A stretch of 64,000 nucleotides of DNA from an uncultured Chloroflexia bacterium. Lineage in GTDB: Bacteria > Chloroflexota > Anaerolineae > CG2-30-64-16. The stretch spans positions 992,001-1,056,000 of the forward strand of contig CAWEMM010000006.1 in NCBI GenBank assembly GCA_963810095.1, read 5' to 3'. A program made the translations under genes and the position numbers. Position 1 is the first letter of the stretch; every line of letters begins with the position of its first letter. The notes under the pieces were generated by a model. It had not been told where the DNA came from. It saw only the letters and a list, made by a program, of their open reading frames with translations, and did not search any database. Of the stretch, positions 9,511 through 19,581 are shown piece after piece.

Positions 9511-10284
9511 ATGGAACGTCTCGTCACAGGCGCGGCGCAGATGGGGGTGAGCCTGACCCCGGCGCACATCGCTGCCTTCCAGGTTTACAGCGACGAGCTG
9601 CTCGAGTGGAACCAGCAGTTCAACCTGACTGCGGTCACCGCGCCTGAGCAGGTACAGACGCGCCACTTCCTCGATTCCCTGGCGCTCATCCCCGCGCTCG
9701 CTGCCCATGAAGGCATCCCCATCGCCACGTTGTTGTCGCGCAACCTGCGCGTGGTCGACGTGGGCGCGGGCGCGGGCTTCCCGGGGCTCGCCTTGCGGAT
9801 CGTCTGGCCGCGCGCGCGTCTCTCGCTGATCGAGGCGACGGGAAAGAAGGTGCGCTTCCTGGAGCACGTCAGCCAGAAGCTGGGCTTCACCGACGTCCGC
9901 TTGATCCAGGGCCGGGCCGAAGAGCTGGGGTTGAAGGAGCCGTACCGGGCCGGTTACGACCTGGTGCTGGCACGGGCGGTCGCAACGCTGCCGACGCTGG
10001 TGGAGTACCTCTTGCCGCTGTCACGACGCGGGGGCCAGGTGGTAGCCTACAAGGGGTCAGCCGCGCACGAGGAAGCCATGTGCGCGGAGCAGGCGATCCG
10101 CACCCTGGGCGGCCGGCTGACCAAGCTCATCCCGGTGGACATCCCCGGCCTCGTCGAGACGCGGGTCCTGGTGCTCATCGACAAAATCGCGCAGACGCCG
10201 GACGCCTATCCCCGGGGCCGCGGCCTGCCCCGCAAGCAGCCATTAGGCTGCAAGCCGGTCGAAGAAACTGCGGAGGAGGAATAG
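9511..10284 (+). CDS. rsmG: 16S rRNA m7G527 methyltransferase
   Basis: WNQQFNLTA, HFLDSL, DVGAGAGFPG, KKVRFL, RAEE, ARAVA. Confidence 0.95.
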   Translation: MERLVTGAAQMGVSLTPAHIAAFQVYSDELLEWNQQFNLTAVTAPEQVQTRHFLDSLALIPALAAHEGIPIATLLSRNLRVVDVGAGAGFPGLALRIVWPRARLSLIEATGKKVRFLEHVSQKLGFTDVRLIQGRAEELGLKEPYRAGYDLVLARAVATLPTLVEYLLPLSRRGGQVVAYKGSAAHEEAMCAEQAIRTLGGRLTKLIPVDIPGLVETRVLVLIDKIAQTPDAYPRGRGLPRKQPLGCKPVEETAEEE

Positions 10285-10305
10285 AAAGCTGACGCGGGCA
10301 GCGGT

Positions 10306-11508
10306 CTATTCAGTCTCCATCACCCGCCCCGTCTCCACCCGGTAACGCCGCGCCTGCGCCAACAGCCCCTCGCTGAAATCGCCCCAATCCGTTGCGGTCA
10401 CAAGGGCCTGGTCGACCCCGCCGAGCGCGTCCAGCAGCGCGTGGCGGCGGATTTCGTCCAGCTCGGACATCACATCGTCAAGCAGCAGGAGCGGGCTTTC
10501 GCCCGTGACCCGGCGCATCATCTCCACCTCCGCCAGCTTCAGGCTGAGCGCGGCGGTGCGCTGCTGTCCGCGCGAGCCGTACGTGCGCAGGTCGCGGCCC
10601 TCGGCGAGGAATGCGACGTCGTCGCGATGTGGCCCGAACAGCGACGTGCCCGCTGCGATTTCCCGACTGCGCGAGGTCTTCAGGCGCGCCGCCAGGAGTT
10701 CTGACATGGCGGCTGAGGTCAGGCTCTCGTATCCAGGACCCTCGAGCGGCTGGTTGGCGGCTGGCCTGGCCTCCGGGTACGCAGGGCTGGGCAGGTAGGT
10801 TAGGGTGAGCCACTCGCGCGCACCGGAAAGCTCGCGATGGCGAAGCCGGGCGATCTCGTCGAGCATCTGGACTGCGCCGGCCCGTCGTCCGAGCACCCGT
10901 CCACCATGCTCGGCCATCTGCTGATCCCAGAAGGCCAGTTGGTGGGCGTCGCCCCCCTCGTCACGCAGCCGCTTGAGCAGCGCGTTTCGCTGCGCAAGCG
11001 CCTTGTTGTAGTCTGTCAGCGCCCGGCAGTAGGCAGGATCGACCTGGCAGAGCGCGATGTCGAGATAGCGCCGGCGCTCGCCGGGCGCGCCCGAGACGAG
11101 GCTGACGTCCTCGGGGAGGAACAACACCACCCGCAGGCGGCCGATCAGATCGAGCCCGCGCTTGGCGACGCCGTTGATCCGCACCTGTTTGCGCACCACC
11201 GGGCCGACTGCGCCGCCGCCGTTGCCCAGCTCGAGCACGAGTTCCAGCCGCTCGCTCGTCGTGCCATCGCCGATTTCAGCCGTCAGGCGTGCGTAGGGCA
11301 AGGGACTTTCGAGCGCCAGCCAGCTAATCAGCTCGCGCTCGGCCACCGCCCGGGGTGACCGGGCAGTGGCGAGAAGATGGATCGATTCGAGAAGGTTGGT
11401 CTTGCCCTGCGCGTTCGCCCCCTGGAACACGCTCAGGCCGCCGGGGACGCTCAGTTCAAGGCGCGCGTAATTGCGGAAGTTGGTGAGCGAAAGGTGGTTG
11501 AGCCGCAC
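10306..11508 (-). CDS. recF: DNA replication/repair protein RecF
   Basis: NFRNY, GANAQGKTN, GPHRDD, GSRGQQR, LLLDDVMSELD. Confidence 0.96.
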   Translation of the reverse strand: MRLNHLSLTNFRNYARLELSVPGGLSVFQGANAQGKTNLLESIHLLATARSPRAVAERELISWLALESPLPYARLTAEIGDGTTSERLELVLELGNGGGAVGPVVRKQVRINGVAKRGLDLIGRLRVVLFLPEDVSLVSGAPGERRRYLDIALCQVDPAYCRALTDYNKALAQRNALLKRLRDEGGDAHQLAFWDQQMAEHGGRVLGRRAGAVQMLDEIARLRHRELSGAREWLTLTYLPSPAYPEARPAANQPLEGPGYESLTSAAMSELLAARLKTSRSREIAAGTSLFGPHRDDVAFLAEGRDLRTYGSRGQQRTAALSLKLAEVEMMRRVTGESPLLLLDDVMSELDEIRRHALLDALGGVDQALVTATDWGDFSEGLLAQARRYRVETGRVMETE

Positions 11509-11518
11509 ACTCGACTAC

Positions 11519-12706
11519 TTACTTCTGCAGCTGCATGGGCATGATCACGTGGGTGAATTCCTCGGGCCCTGCACCAACCGGTCGGATCACGCCGGGACGA
11601 TCCGAACGGGTCGTCTCGAGCACGACCTGGGGCGTGTCCAGCACGTTCATGACTTCCATGAGATAGCGCACGTTGAAAGCAATCTCGACGGGCGAGCCTT
11701 CCACCAGCGCATCCAGGTCGCTCACGTTATCGCCCGCTTCCTGCGAAGTCGCCCGAATCGTCAGTTGACCGGGTTCCGCGTCGGTGCCAGGCGTGACCGT
11801 GAAGACGACGCGGTCCGACGCGTCACGGGCGAACAGCGAAGCGACCTTCAGGCTCCGCAGGAAGGCCTGCGTATCCAGCACGGTGCGCGTGACGCAGTTC
11901 TTGGGGATGATGGCGTTGTAATCGGGGAACTTGGCGTCAATGAGCTGCGAGACAAGATCGACCTGGTGGAACGCGCCGCCCTTCTCCACGTCGCCCCGAC
12001 CATAGAGGCGGAACAAGATCTGGTTGCGCGCGCCGGCCACCACGAAGTCCACCGGGCGGTCGGGATCGGCTTCCCCACCGATGCGGCTGACTTCCTGCAG
12101 CGAACGTGCAGGAATGATGACCGTCGCGTCGGCTGGCGCGGCCGCGGGCAGGATCGTGCGGCGCACCGACAGCCGGTAGCCGTCCGTGGCCGCGAGCGTC
12201 AGGCGGTCGCCCTCAAACTTCGCCAGTACGCCGGTCAGCGCGGGGCGGCTGGTGTCCTTCGCGTCGGCGGCCGCAAAAACGACCTGGTCGATGATCTGGC
12301 GGAGGGTCGCGGGCGGCAGGCCAAGCGGCTGCTCGCCATCGGCGGTTGGGATCAGCGGAAATTCGCCCGCGTCGATGCCCTTGATATTGGACTCGGAGCG
12401 ACCGCTTCGCAGGTGCACGCTCATCGTGCGGACGCTCAGCTCCATATCGATGCGGCCGGGTTGCATGGAATTGACCCAGTCGGTGAGCAGGCGGGCGGGC
12501 AGCGTAACCGCGCCGTCATCCTCGACCTGGCTGCCCAGCCAGCACGTGACCCCGACCTCCAGGTTCGTCGCCGCCAGTTTCAGCCGGTCTTCATCCGTGC
12601 TCAGCAGGATATTGCTCAAGACGGGCAGCGTGCTGCGCGAAGAAACGGCGCGGCCGACAATGGACAGACCCTTGGCGAGGTTCTCTTGCATGACGGACAG
12701 GCGCAC
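11519..12706 (-). CDS. dnaN: DNA polymerase III beta sliding clamp
   Basis: STLPVLSNIL, ATNLE, ATDGYRL, FPDY, IAFNVRYL, IMPM. Confidence 0.96.
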   Translation of the reverse strand: MRLSVMQENLAKGLSIVGRAVSSRSTLPVLSNILLSTDEDRLKLAATNLEVGVTCWLGSQVEDDGAVTLPARLLTDWVNSMQPGRIDMELSVRTMSVHLRSGRSESNIKGIDAGEFPLIPTADGEQPLGLPPATLRQIIDQVVFAAADAKDTSRPALTGVLAKFEGDRLTLAATDGYRLSVRRTILPAAAPADATVIIPARSLQEVSRIGGEADPDRPVDFVVAGARNQILFRLYGRGDVEKGGAFHQVDLVSQLIDAKFPDYNAIIPKNCVTRTVLDTQAFLRSLKVASLFARDASDRVVFTVTPGTDAEPGQLTIRATSQEAGDNVSDLDALVEGSPVEIAFNVRYLMEVMNVLDTPQVVLETTRSDRPGVIRPVGAGPEEFTHVIMPMQLQK

Positions 12707-12831
12707 GGCGACACCTCCAGCGGTTCAGCATGGGCCGTCCCGGCTCCCAAAACCGCGACGGCCGGTCTGGTCGACAATGGGATGGCGTAGTATAGCACTA
12801 AGTAAAGATGGGCGTCAATCAGCCCGAAAGC

Positions 12832-13773
12832 TCAATCGCCGTCGATGACGTTTCTGGGGGGCTGGCCGGGTTCGGGGAGCTGCGAGACGCCTTCGGGGTG
12901 ATAGTGAACGTGAACCCGGCGCAGCAGATCGATCCGTTCGTAGAGCCGCTCCTCGACCGCACAGGCAATCGAGTCGCCCGCGGCGACGGAAAGCGAGCCG
13001 TCAATGCCCACTGTGACGTTGATGACCAGGTAGGGGCCGAAGCGGTGAGCGTAAACCTCTTCCACGCACAGCACGCCCGGCACGCCCGCCAGCACCGCTT
13101 GCACTTGTGTAGCCAGCTCGTCGCCGGGCACGGTGTCCATCAGCTCGGCCGACGCGTCCGACAGGATCGCGATCCCCGTGCGCAGGACCAGCAAGGCCAC
13201 GACCGCGCCCGCCAGCGGGTCGCCCCAGGGCAGCCCGTTCATGCTCAGGAAGATGCCCAGGGCCGCGCCAGACGCGGCAAAGATGTCGTTGCGGTGGTCC
13301 TTCGCCAGTGCGGCCACCGCAATGTTGCCGGTTGCCTTGCCGATCCGGCGCGTGTAGAGCATCAGGCCGATCTTGACGACAATGGTGAAGAGTGCGACGG
13401 CCAGCGCGATGGGGGCCGCGCCTTCCGACGTGGTTTGCCCCGACCAAAGTGAGTAAACCTTGTTGATCGCGTCCCAGAAGATCGCCACCGCGGTCGTGAT
13501 GACGAACGCGCCGACGATCAGTGCCGCGATGCTCTCGAGCTGGGTGTGACCGTAGGGATGCTCACGGTCGGCCGGCTTGCCGGCAAGCCGCATGAAGATG
13601 CGCACGACGACGTAGTAGGCAACGTCGGAGGTGGAGTTAATCCCGTCGGCCAGCAGCGCCGCGCTGTTCCCGACGATGCCAACGCTCACCTTCAGCAGCG
13701 CAAGCACGACGTTCGCCGCGAGGCCCAGGTTGACCGCACGGATGCTCAGCGCTTGCCGGTTTTGTCCTTCCAT
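12832..13773 (-). CDS. Cation diffusion facilitator (FieF-like) transporter
   Basis: SAALLADGINSTSD, PADREHPYGH, DHRND, C-terminal dimerisation domain. Confidence 0.9.
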   Translation of the reverse strand: MEGQNRQALSIRAVNLGLAANVVLALLKVSVGIVGNSAALLADGINSTSDVAYYVVVRIFMRLAGKPADREHPYGHTQLESIAALIVGAFVITTAVAIFWDAINKVYSLWSGQTTSEGAAPIALAVALFTIVVKIGLMLYTRRIGKATGNIAVAALAKDHRNDIFAASGAALGIFLSMNGLPWGDPLAGAVVALLVLRTGIAILSDASAELMDTVPGDELATQVQAVLAGVPGVLCVEEVYAHRFGPYLVINVTVGIDGSLSVAAGDSIACAVEERLYERIDLLRRVHVHYHPEGVSQLPEPGQPPRNVIDGD

Positions 13774-13865
13774 TCGGTTGCCTTCGGCGTCTATCCTTGC
13801 CTCCGAGGTCGCCCCAGCCTTCGCACTGAATTGAGACCCCGCCGGTTCCTTAACTGATCTGAAAC

Positions 13866-13955
13866 GGGACGCTGATGCAACTGATTGAACTGATTTGCAC
13901 TGTCCTTCGGGTAAAGATCATGATAATCAGTCCGATCCGTTCAATCACTGTCCTA
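13866..13955. repeat. Intergenic inverted repeat built of 9-nt units (AACTGATTG family), copy 1
   Basis: GGGACGCTGATGCAACTGATTGAACTGATT ... AATCAGTCCGATCCGTTCAATCA; homologous to 16914..16995. Confidence 0.7.
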
Positions 13956-14013
13956 TTGCATCCCTCGTTGTCCAGCACTCTGTGCGCAGCGTGCCCTTTC
14001 CAGTTTGCCAAGT

Positions 14014-14988
14014 TTACTCGCACTCATGATCCTGCAACCAGCCGTTTTGCAAACCGGCCTTCTCGAACGCTTCGAGCGCAGCCTCATATTCTTCTTCGGT
14101 GATCTTGCGCCCCAGCACCGGATCGTCAAGGGTGCGATACGTCGGGAAGTACTGATCCATTACGGATACGAATACGTCGGGCGAAAGTTCCCGGCTGATC
14201 CACTGCATCACCCCCGGCGTGTCGGCCAGGCCGTCGGGCAGCACCAGGTGGCGGACGATCATGCCGCGGCGGGCGATGCCGGCCCCGTCCAGAACGAGCC
14301 GGGGGCCCACCTGGCGCAGCATCTCCTTCACCGCAAGACGGTCGTTCTCCACGTAGCGCGGGAAACCTGACAGCCGCTTTGCAACGGCGTCGTCCGTGTA
14401 CTTAATGTCGGGCAGGTAGATGTCGATCACGCCATCCAGCAGGCGCAGCGTTTCGACCCGTTCGTAACCGCTGGTGTTATAGACGAGCGGGATGCGCAGC
14501 CCCCACCCGGCCGCGACATCGACGGCCGCAAGGATATGGGCCACAAAATGCGTCGGCGTAACGAAGTTGATGTTGTGGACCCCGCGGCGTTGAAGCTCGA
14601 GCATCATGCCGGCAAAACGCTCGATCGTAACCTGGTTCCCATAGCCCATCTGGCTGATCGAGTAATTCTGGCAGAAGCGGCAGCGCCCCGTACAGCCCGA
14701 AAAGAAGATCGTGCCAGAGCCGCGCGAGCCGGAGATCGGGGGTTCTTCCCAGGGGTGGACGTTCCACGATGCAATCACCGCGTCGCCGCCGATCCGGCAG
14801 ACCCCGTGCTTACCGGCCAAACGGTCGACCTTGCACGCGTGCGGGCACAGCTCGCAGCTTGCCAGGGACGCCATTGCCCCACGGGCGCGGCGGCGCAGCT
14901 CCCCGCTGCGATGCAGCGCCAGATAGGACGGCTCCCAACCGGAGACTGTAGCTTCTGAGTTTGGATCGGTCAGGATGTTGACCGCCAT
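14014..14988 (-). CDS. PflX-like radical SAM protein
   Basis: CELCPHACKVDR, EEPPISG, IFFSGCTGRCRFCQNY, NINFVTPTH, IYLPDIKY; AGGAG RBS before the ATG at 14988. Confidence 0.88.
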   Translation of the reverse strand: MAVNILTDPNSEATVSGWEPSYLALHRSGELRRRARGAMASLASCELCPHACKVDRLAGKHGVCRIGGDAVIASWNVHPWEEPPISGSRGSGTIFFSGCTGRCRFCQNYSISQMGYGNQVTIERFAGMMLELQRRGVHNINFVTPTHFVAHILAAVDVAAGWGLRIPLVYNTSGYERVETLRLLDGVIDIYLPDIKYTDDAVAKRLSGFPRYVENDRLAVKEMLRQVGPRLVLDGAGIARRGMIVRHLVLPDGLADTPGVMQWISRELSPDVFVSVMDQYFPTYRTLDDPVLGRKITEEEYEAALEAFEKAGLQNGWLQDHECE

Positions 14989-15114
14989 GATTGCTCCTGA
15001 GCAAGTGATGCGCGCAGTGATGGGCTTGCTCAACTGCGCGCGAGCACATTGTATACATAAAAGAGTGGAGTTACAAAGCAGGCGGCTTTCGGCTGCCAGC
15101 CGGTCCCTGAAAGA

Positions 15115-16902
15115 CTAGCTCAGCTGCACGAGCGCCATCTTCAGGTACGGCTCGCTCGAGGTGGGGAAGTCGAGCGCGGGTTCGTGGTAGACGCCGGCGA
15201 CTTCGCCGGTCCGGCCGGCCGCACTGATGCCGGCCAGCACCCGCTCACGGAACGCGCGCCAGGGAAGCTCGGCCAGGTTGCTGCACGCGAGCAGCCGGCC
15301 GCCCGGGGAAACCACCGCGGCGGCCAACTCGGCCAGTTGAGCGTAGTCCTTCGCCGCGGAGAAACGGCCGGTTTTCGTCTTGGAGAAGCTGGGCGGGTCA
15401 AGAATCACGAGGTCGAAAGTGTCGCCGCGCCGGGCAAAGCGCGCCAGCCAGTCGAACACGTCGCCGAAGACAAAGTCGTGCGCGTCAGGCACAAAGCCAT
15501 TAAGGCCGTAGTTGTCCTGTCCCCACGCGAGGACGTTGCGCGACAGATCCAGGTTGAGCACCCGCGCCGCGCCGCCGGCCGTCGCCGCCACGCCAAAGCC
15601 GCACGTATAGGCGAAGGTATTCAGCACCGTCTGCCCCGCCGCCCACGCCCCCACACGGGCGCGCGTCTCGCGCATGTCCGCGAATAGGCCGCTGCTCAGG
15701 CCCGTGTCGGAGCGAATCCGATACGTCAACCCTTCTTCGCGGGCGAGGAAGCCTGAGACCTCTGAGGTTGCGTCACCTTCGGTGACGGTCGAAGCCTCGA
15801 AGGTCTGGGTGGGTTGGCGCAGGTCCGGCCCGAAGACGGGCAGGGGCGGGGCAAGCGCAGCCATCTCCTCTTCGGGCACCCGGCTGGCCTGCCTCGGGCG
15901 GTACTTGACGTACACAGTCCCGATGTTTGCCGCCTGGGCCAGCATGGCCGCGAGCCCGTCGGGAAGTGGCGCGGGTGGCAGGGCTTCATCGTCGTCGTAG
16001 ATGCTGGCAACCAACGCATCCCCATAACGGTCGACGGTCAGGCCGGGGAGGCCGTCGCCCGCCGCGTTCACCAGGCGATAGATCGTCGTCTCGGGGTCGG
16101 CGGCCAGGGGCACGCGGCGCGCCACGGCCAGGCGCACAAGCGCCCGCACGAGGTCGGGCGACTGTAACCAGGCCGGGCGGATGTGCTGCGGCGGCCGGGC
16201 CAGCAGGCTCAGGCTGGGCTCGGGCACGCCGGTCACCAGCCTGTCGAGCGGCGCGGGCAGCGGAGCGTTGAATGTGATCCGTTTGCCTGTGCCCGGGAGG
16301 GGGATGGTCAGTTCGGCCGCATGCAGGCACAGGCGCGGATAGGCGGCCGCCCTCTCGCCATAGAGCGCATCGCCGATGACCGGCAGGCCCACATGTGCCA
16401 GGTGAAGGCGAATCTGGTGGGTGCGCCCCGTCTCGGGGATCGCCTCGATGACGGCAAACGGCAGGCCCTGGCCCTTCTTGCCGATCCAGCCCCGCTCGAC
16501 GACCTGGCAGCGGGTGCGGGCCGGTTGACCCGCGGGGTCCTTGCGGGCTGCGATCCTGTACCGACCCCCGCGATCGCGGGCAATGGGCGCGTCGATGATC
16601 GACTCGTCGACCTCTGGCGCACCGAGCACTGCGGCGAAGTAGACCTTGCGCGCGGCCCGGCCCTCGAACGCTGCGGCGAGGCTCCGGTTGGCCTCGGTGC
16701 GCAGCGAGAAGAGGAGCACGCCCGACGTGTCCGCGTCGAGGCGCTGGTGCATGCCCAGGTAGGAAAGCCCCTCCTGCTTCTGGAGCGCGGCCAGCGCGTC
16801 GCCGGGATAAGGGTCGGCGGGCTCCGGCGCATGGGTCGGAATGCCGGCCGGCTTATCCACGACGATGATATCGTCGTCGCGATAGAGGATTTTGATCTTC
16901 AT
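15115..16902 (-). CDS. Fusion of an RluA-family pseudouridine synthase and an RlmI/RlmK-like SAM methyltransferase
   Basis: N-terminal VDKPAG, HQRLDADTSG, TGRTHQIR, GDALYG; C-terminal DGLPGLTVDRY, GLFADMRE, LNTFAYTCGF, DPPSF. Confidence 0.85.
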   Translation of the reverse strand: MKIKILYRDDDIIVVDKPAGIPTHAPEPADPYPGDALAALQKQEGLSYLGMHQRLDADTSGVLLFSLRTEANRSLAAAFEGRAARKVYFAAVLGAPEVDESIIDAPIARDRGGRYRIAARKDPAGQPARTRCQVVERGWIGKKGQGLPFAVIEAIPETGRTHQIRLHLAHVGLPVIGDALYGERAAAYPRLCLHAAELTIPLPGTGKRITFNAPLPAPLDRLVTGVPEPSLSLLARPPQHIRPAWLQSPDLVRALVRLAVARRVPLAADPETTIYRLVNAAGDGLPGLTVDRYGDALVASIYDDDEALPPAPLPDGLAAMLAQAANIGTVYVKYRPRQASRVPEEEMAALAPPLPVFGPDLRQPTQTFEASTVTEGDATSEVSGFLAREEGLTYRIRSDTGLSSGLFADMRETRARVGAWAAGQTVLNTFAYTCGFGVAATAGGAARVLNLDLSRNVLAWGQDNYGLNGFVPDAHDFVFGDVFDWLARFARRGDTFDLVILDPPSFSKTKTGRFSAAKDYAQLAELAAAVVSPGGRLLACSNLAELPWRAFRERVLAGISAAGRTGEVAGVYHEPALDFPTSSEPYLKMALVQLS

Positions 16903-16913
16903 GTGATCGGAAT

Positions 16914-16995
16914 GGGACGCTGACCTAACTGATTGAGCTGATCTTCCTGATGCTCATAAAGCGGGATCAGGTGAATCAGTCCAATCAGTCCGATC
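16914..16995. repeat. Intergenic inverted repeat built of 9-nt units (AACTGATTG family), copy 2
   Basis: GGGACGCTGACCTAACTGATTGAGCTGAT ... AATCAGTCCAATCAGTCCGATC. Confidence 0.7.
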
Positions 16996-17004
16996 TGCAG
17001 GCTA

Positions 17005-18309
17005 TCAGGGCGCCAGCCGCGTCAAGTCCCGCGGGAACAGGGTCGCCAGGCGGATGTTGTCCAGGCCAAGCAACTGCATGATAAAGCGCTCCGAGCCAAT
17101 GGCGAAGCCGCCGTGGGGCGGCATGCCATATTTGAACGCTTCAAAATAGGTTTCGAACGGGCTGAGGTCAGTGTAGCCGCGCGCGGCCGCGCTGTCCAGG
17201 TAGTCCTGGTACAAGTGCAAGCGCTGGCCGCCGGTGACCAGCTCGGTGCCGCGGAAGAGCAGGTCGAACGAGTTCGAGAAGCGCGGGTCGGCCGGGTTTG
17301 GGTGCGTATAGAACGGCCGCTTGCCCATCGGGTAGCCCGTGACGAACAGGAAATCGGAGCCGTACTCTTGCCGCGCCCACTCGCCCAGCCAGCGTTCGTG
17401 CTGGGGCGCCAGGTCGGGCTCCCCGCGGCAGTCCTCGCCCCACTTCTGCAGGATCAGTTCCTGGGCCTCTGGGAAGTAGATCGCCGGGAAGGTCTCGGGC
17501 GCGACGGGCAGCTTAACGTTCAGCAGCGCCAGCTCGGGCGCATAGTGCTCCTCGAGATAGCCGGTTATGCCGCGCACCACCCTGGTCAGGACGGCCATCA
17601 CGTCCCGGTGGTCGCGGATGAAGCCCAGTTCCACGTCCAGGCTGACGTACTCGTTGATGTGGCGCACGGTGTCGTGCGGCTCGGCGCGAAACACCGGCCC
17701 GACCTCAAACACCCGCTCAAACACGCCCACCATGATCTGCTTGTAGAACTGCGGGCTTTGGGCCAGATACGCCTGCCGGTCGAAATACTTGACCCCAAAC
17801 ACGTTCGCGCCGCCCTCGGTGGCCGAGGCGACCAGCTTGGGCGTCTGGATCTCGGTAAAGCCCAAGCCGGTGAGCGTGGCGCGGAAGCCGGCCATCACGC
17901 CCGCATGCAGCCGGAAGAGCGCGCGCTTCTGTGGGTGGCGCAGGCCAACTACGGCGTGGTCGAGGAAGGTGGGCAGCGTGGCCTTGATCTCGGGCTTGTT
18001 GATCGGGAAGGGCAGCGCCTCACGCACGGGCGAGAGGATTTCGAACTGCGGCCGGTGGATTTCGATGCCGCCCGGCGCTTGTGGCTCGGCGCAGACGTCA
18101 CCCTCGAGCGCGAGGACCGTTTCGGGCAGCAGCCCTTCGAGTGCCGCCAGCGCCTCGGGCGTCTCGACGACCACCTGGACGGTGCCGCGCACGTCGCGCA
18201 GCACGAGGAAGTTGATGCCGCCCATCCGGCGCAGCGCATGTAGCCAGCCCGCCAGCCGGACGCGTTCTCCGACGTGAGAACCGACCTCCGATGTGTAGAC
18301 ACGTTCCAT
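17005..18309 (-). CDS. aspS: Aspartate--tRNA(Asp/Asn) ligase, short archaeal-type (probably non-discriminating)
   Basis: 434 aa; [38 protein letters not shown]; the upstream T-box has an Asp specifier. Confidence 0.92.
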   Translation of the reverse strand: MERVYTSEVGSHVGERVRLAGWLHALRRMGGINFLVLRDVRGTVQVVVETPEALAALEGLLPETVLALEGDVCAEPQAPGGIEIHRPQFEILSPVREALPFPINKPEIKATLPTFLDHAVVGLRHPQKRALFRLHAGVMAGFRATLTGLGFTEIQTPKLVASATEGGANVFGVKYFDRQAYLAQSPQFYKQIMVGVFERVFEVGPVFRAEPHDTVRHINEYVSLDVELGFIRDHRDVMAVLTRVVRGITGYLEEHYAPELALLNVKLPVAPETFPAIYFPEAQELILQKWGEDCRGEPDLAPQHERWLGEWARQEYGSDFLFVTGYPMGKRPFYTHPNPADPRFSNSFDLLFRGTELVTGGQRLHLYQDYLDSAAARGYTDLSPFETYFEAFKYGMPPHGGFAIGSERFIMQLLGLDNIRLATLFPRDLTRLAP

Positions 18310-18334
18310 CAGGCACCCCCGAGTTAAATGAAAT

Positions 18335-18712
18335 ACGCGCTCCCCCTGCGAAGTCCTTGCCTTGGGCAGGAATCTTCTCCAGGGGCGAGGCGCGTGCTCG
18401 CGGTGCCACCCTGTTTCGCCGGAACCTCACGATCCCGGCCTCACCGGTCAACCATGACCCTGCCAGGTAACGGCTGGCGCCGGCGGTGACCTACGACCCT
18501 TTTGCACCGAATTACACGAATTAGTCGGATTCTACGAATTGCCAATGCTAGCGATTTCGTGCAATTCGTGTCAGTTCGTGTAATTCGGGGCAACCTCGTC
18601 TTTCGGCCCCACAGCTCCGGAGTGTCTTTCCGGGGAAGCGCAGGCGGCGTTCACACCCTCGGCCGCTCTCTGGACTGCGTGCGAGCCCCGTACTCTCTCC
18701 ATCGTCGCTTTT
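18335..18712 (-). ncRNA. T-box riboswitch (Asp, GAC specifier)
   Basis: T-box AACAGGGTGGCACCGCG at 18399-18415; stem I with AGAGA and GTGAA motifs and GAC at 18624-18626; stem IIA/B GCCAGCCGTTACCTGGC; downstream terminator hairpin. Confidence 0.9.
18507..18588. repeat. Inverted repeat of 9-nt units (CACGAATTA family) inserted in T-box stem II
   Basis: CCGAATTACACGAA ... TTCGTGTAATTCGG with internal ACGAATT/TTCGTG units. Confidence 0.75.
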
Positions 18713-18757
18713 CCTGTTCTGTATGGCTGAAGCCTACGGTTTCAGCCAAGTTGCGAG

Positions 18758-18786
18758 AGGATAGCACACGTTGGCCCCACTGTCAA
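18758..18786 (-). promoter_or_regulatory. Promoter of the aspS T-box leader
   Basis: TTGACA-17 bp-TATCCT with an extended -10 TG. Confidence 0.7.
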
Positions 18787-18808
18787 TTGCGCATTTTGCG
18801 TTTGAATA

Positions 18809-18838
18809 GAACAGACGTACAATAGCGAACACTTGTAC
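18809..18838 (+). promoter_or_regulatory. Tandem LexA (Cheo-type) boxes overlapping the imuA promoter
   Basis: GAACagacGTAC (18809-18820) and GAACacttGTAC (18827-18838) flank TACAAT (18818-18823); TTGCGT -35 element at 18796. Confidence 0.75.
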
Positions 18839-18846
18839 GAGGGAAT

Positions 18847-19581
18847 ATGCCGTCGCAGCGCCGTCGCAAGCTGGATGCCTTGGTCACCCAGCTCCAGTTC
18901 GAGCATGGACCGCGGGCCATCCGCCGGGCAGAACCGGGGGAGCGCGCGCCTACAATTGCGCGCATCCCGACCACCTTTACGGAGCTGGACGGGCTGCTCG
19001 ACGGCGGGTTGCCCCGGGGCCGGATCAGCGAAGTGACCGGGCCGGCCACTTCGGGCAAGCTGACCCTGGCGGCGAAAGCCATCGCCTCCGCGCACCATGA
19101 GCGGGATGCGGTGGCCGCCTGGATCGACACGTGGCGCACCTGCGATGCGGACTACCTGCACCGGTGCGGGGTGGACCTCAGCCGGCTGCTGGTGGCCCGG
19201 CCGGCCTCCCTGTCCGATGCGCTGGCGATGGCGCTGCACCTGGTCGAAAGCCGCTCGCTGGCCGTGCTGGTGATGGACACGCTGCCTGCGGAGCCCGGCG
19301 GCGCAGGGACGCTGGCCGGCGCGCTGTCTCGGCTGGCGGCCCTGCTGACCGAAACACAGACCGCCGCCGTGTTCCTGACCGATCCCGAGCAGTTCTCACA
19401 GGCGCTGGCCCATGCCGCAGCCGTGCGCCTGAACATCCGTCGTGAACGCTGGCTAAAGCGCGGCGGCGACGTGCGCGGTTACGAGGGCCAGGTCGAGCTG
19501 GTGAAGAACCGCCTGGGCCGCACCGGAACCGCGCGCATCCGGATCACATTTAACGGCACGGTGCGGGGGGATGGCTTATAG
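18847..19581 (+). CDS. imuA: ImuA-like RecA-family protein
   Basis: ELDGLLDGGLPRGRISEVTGPATSGK, AWID, GVDLSRLLV; short protein upstream of imuB/dnaE2. Confidence 0.82.
   Translation: MPSQRRRKLDALVTQLQFEHGPRAIRRAEPGERAPTIARIPTTFTELDGLLDGGLPRGRISEVTGPATSGKLTLAAKAIASAHHERDAVAAWIDTWRTCDADYLHRCGVDLSRLLVARPASLSDALAMALHLVESRSLAVLVMDTLPAEPGGAGTLAGALSRLAALLTETQTAAVFLTDPEQFSQALAHAAAVRLNIRRERWLKRGGDVRGYEGQVELVKNRLGRTGTARIRITFNGTVRGDGL

Noticed and set aside
13866-18588. Periodic repeats as a CRISPR array
   Set aside because: The units are ~9 nt and inverted, with no unique spacers and no cas genes.
18847-19581. Housekeeping recA
   Set aside because: It is too short (244 aa), lacks the RecA L1/L2 and C-terminal motifs, and its context indicates ImuA.
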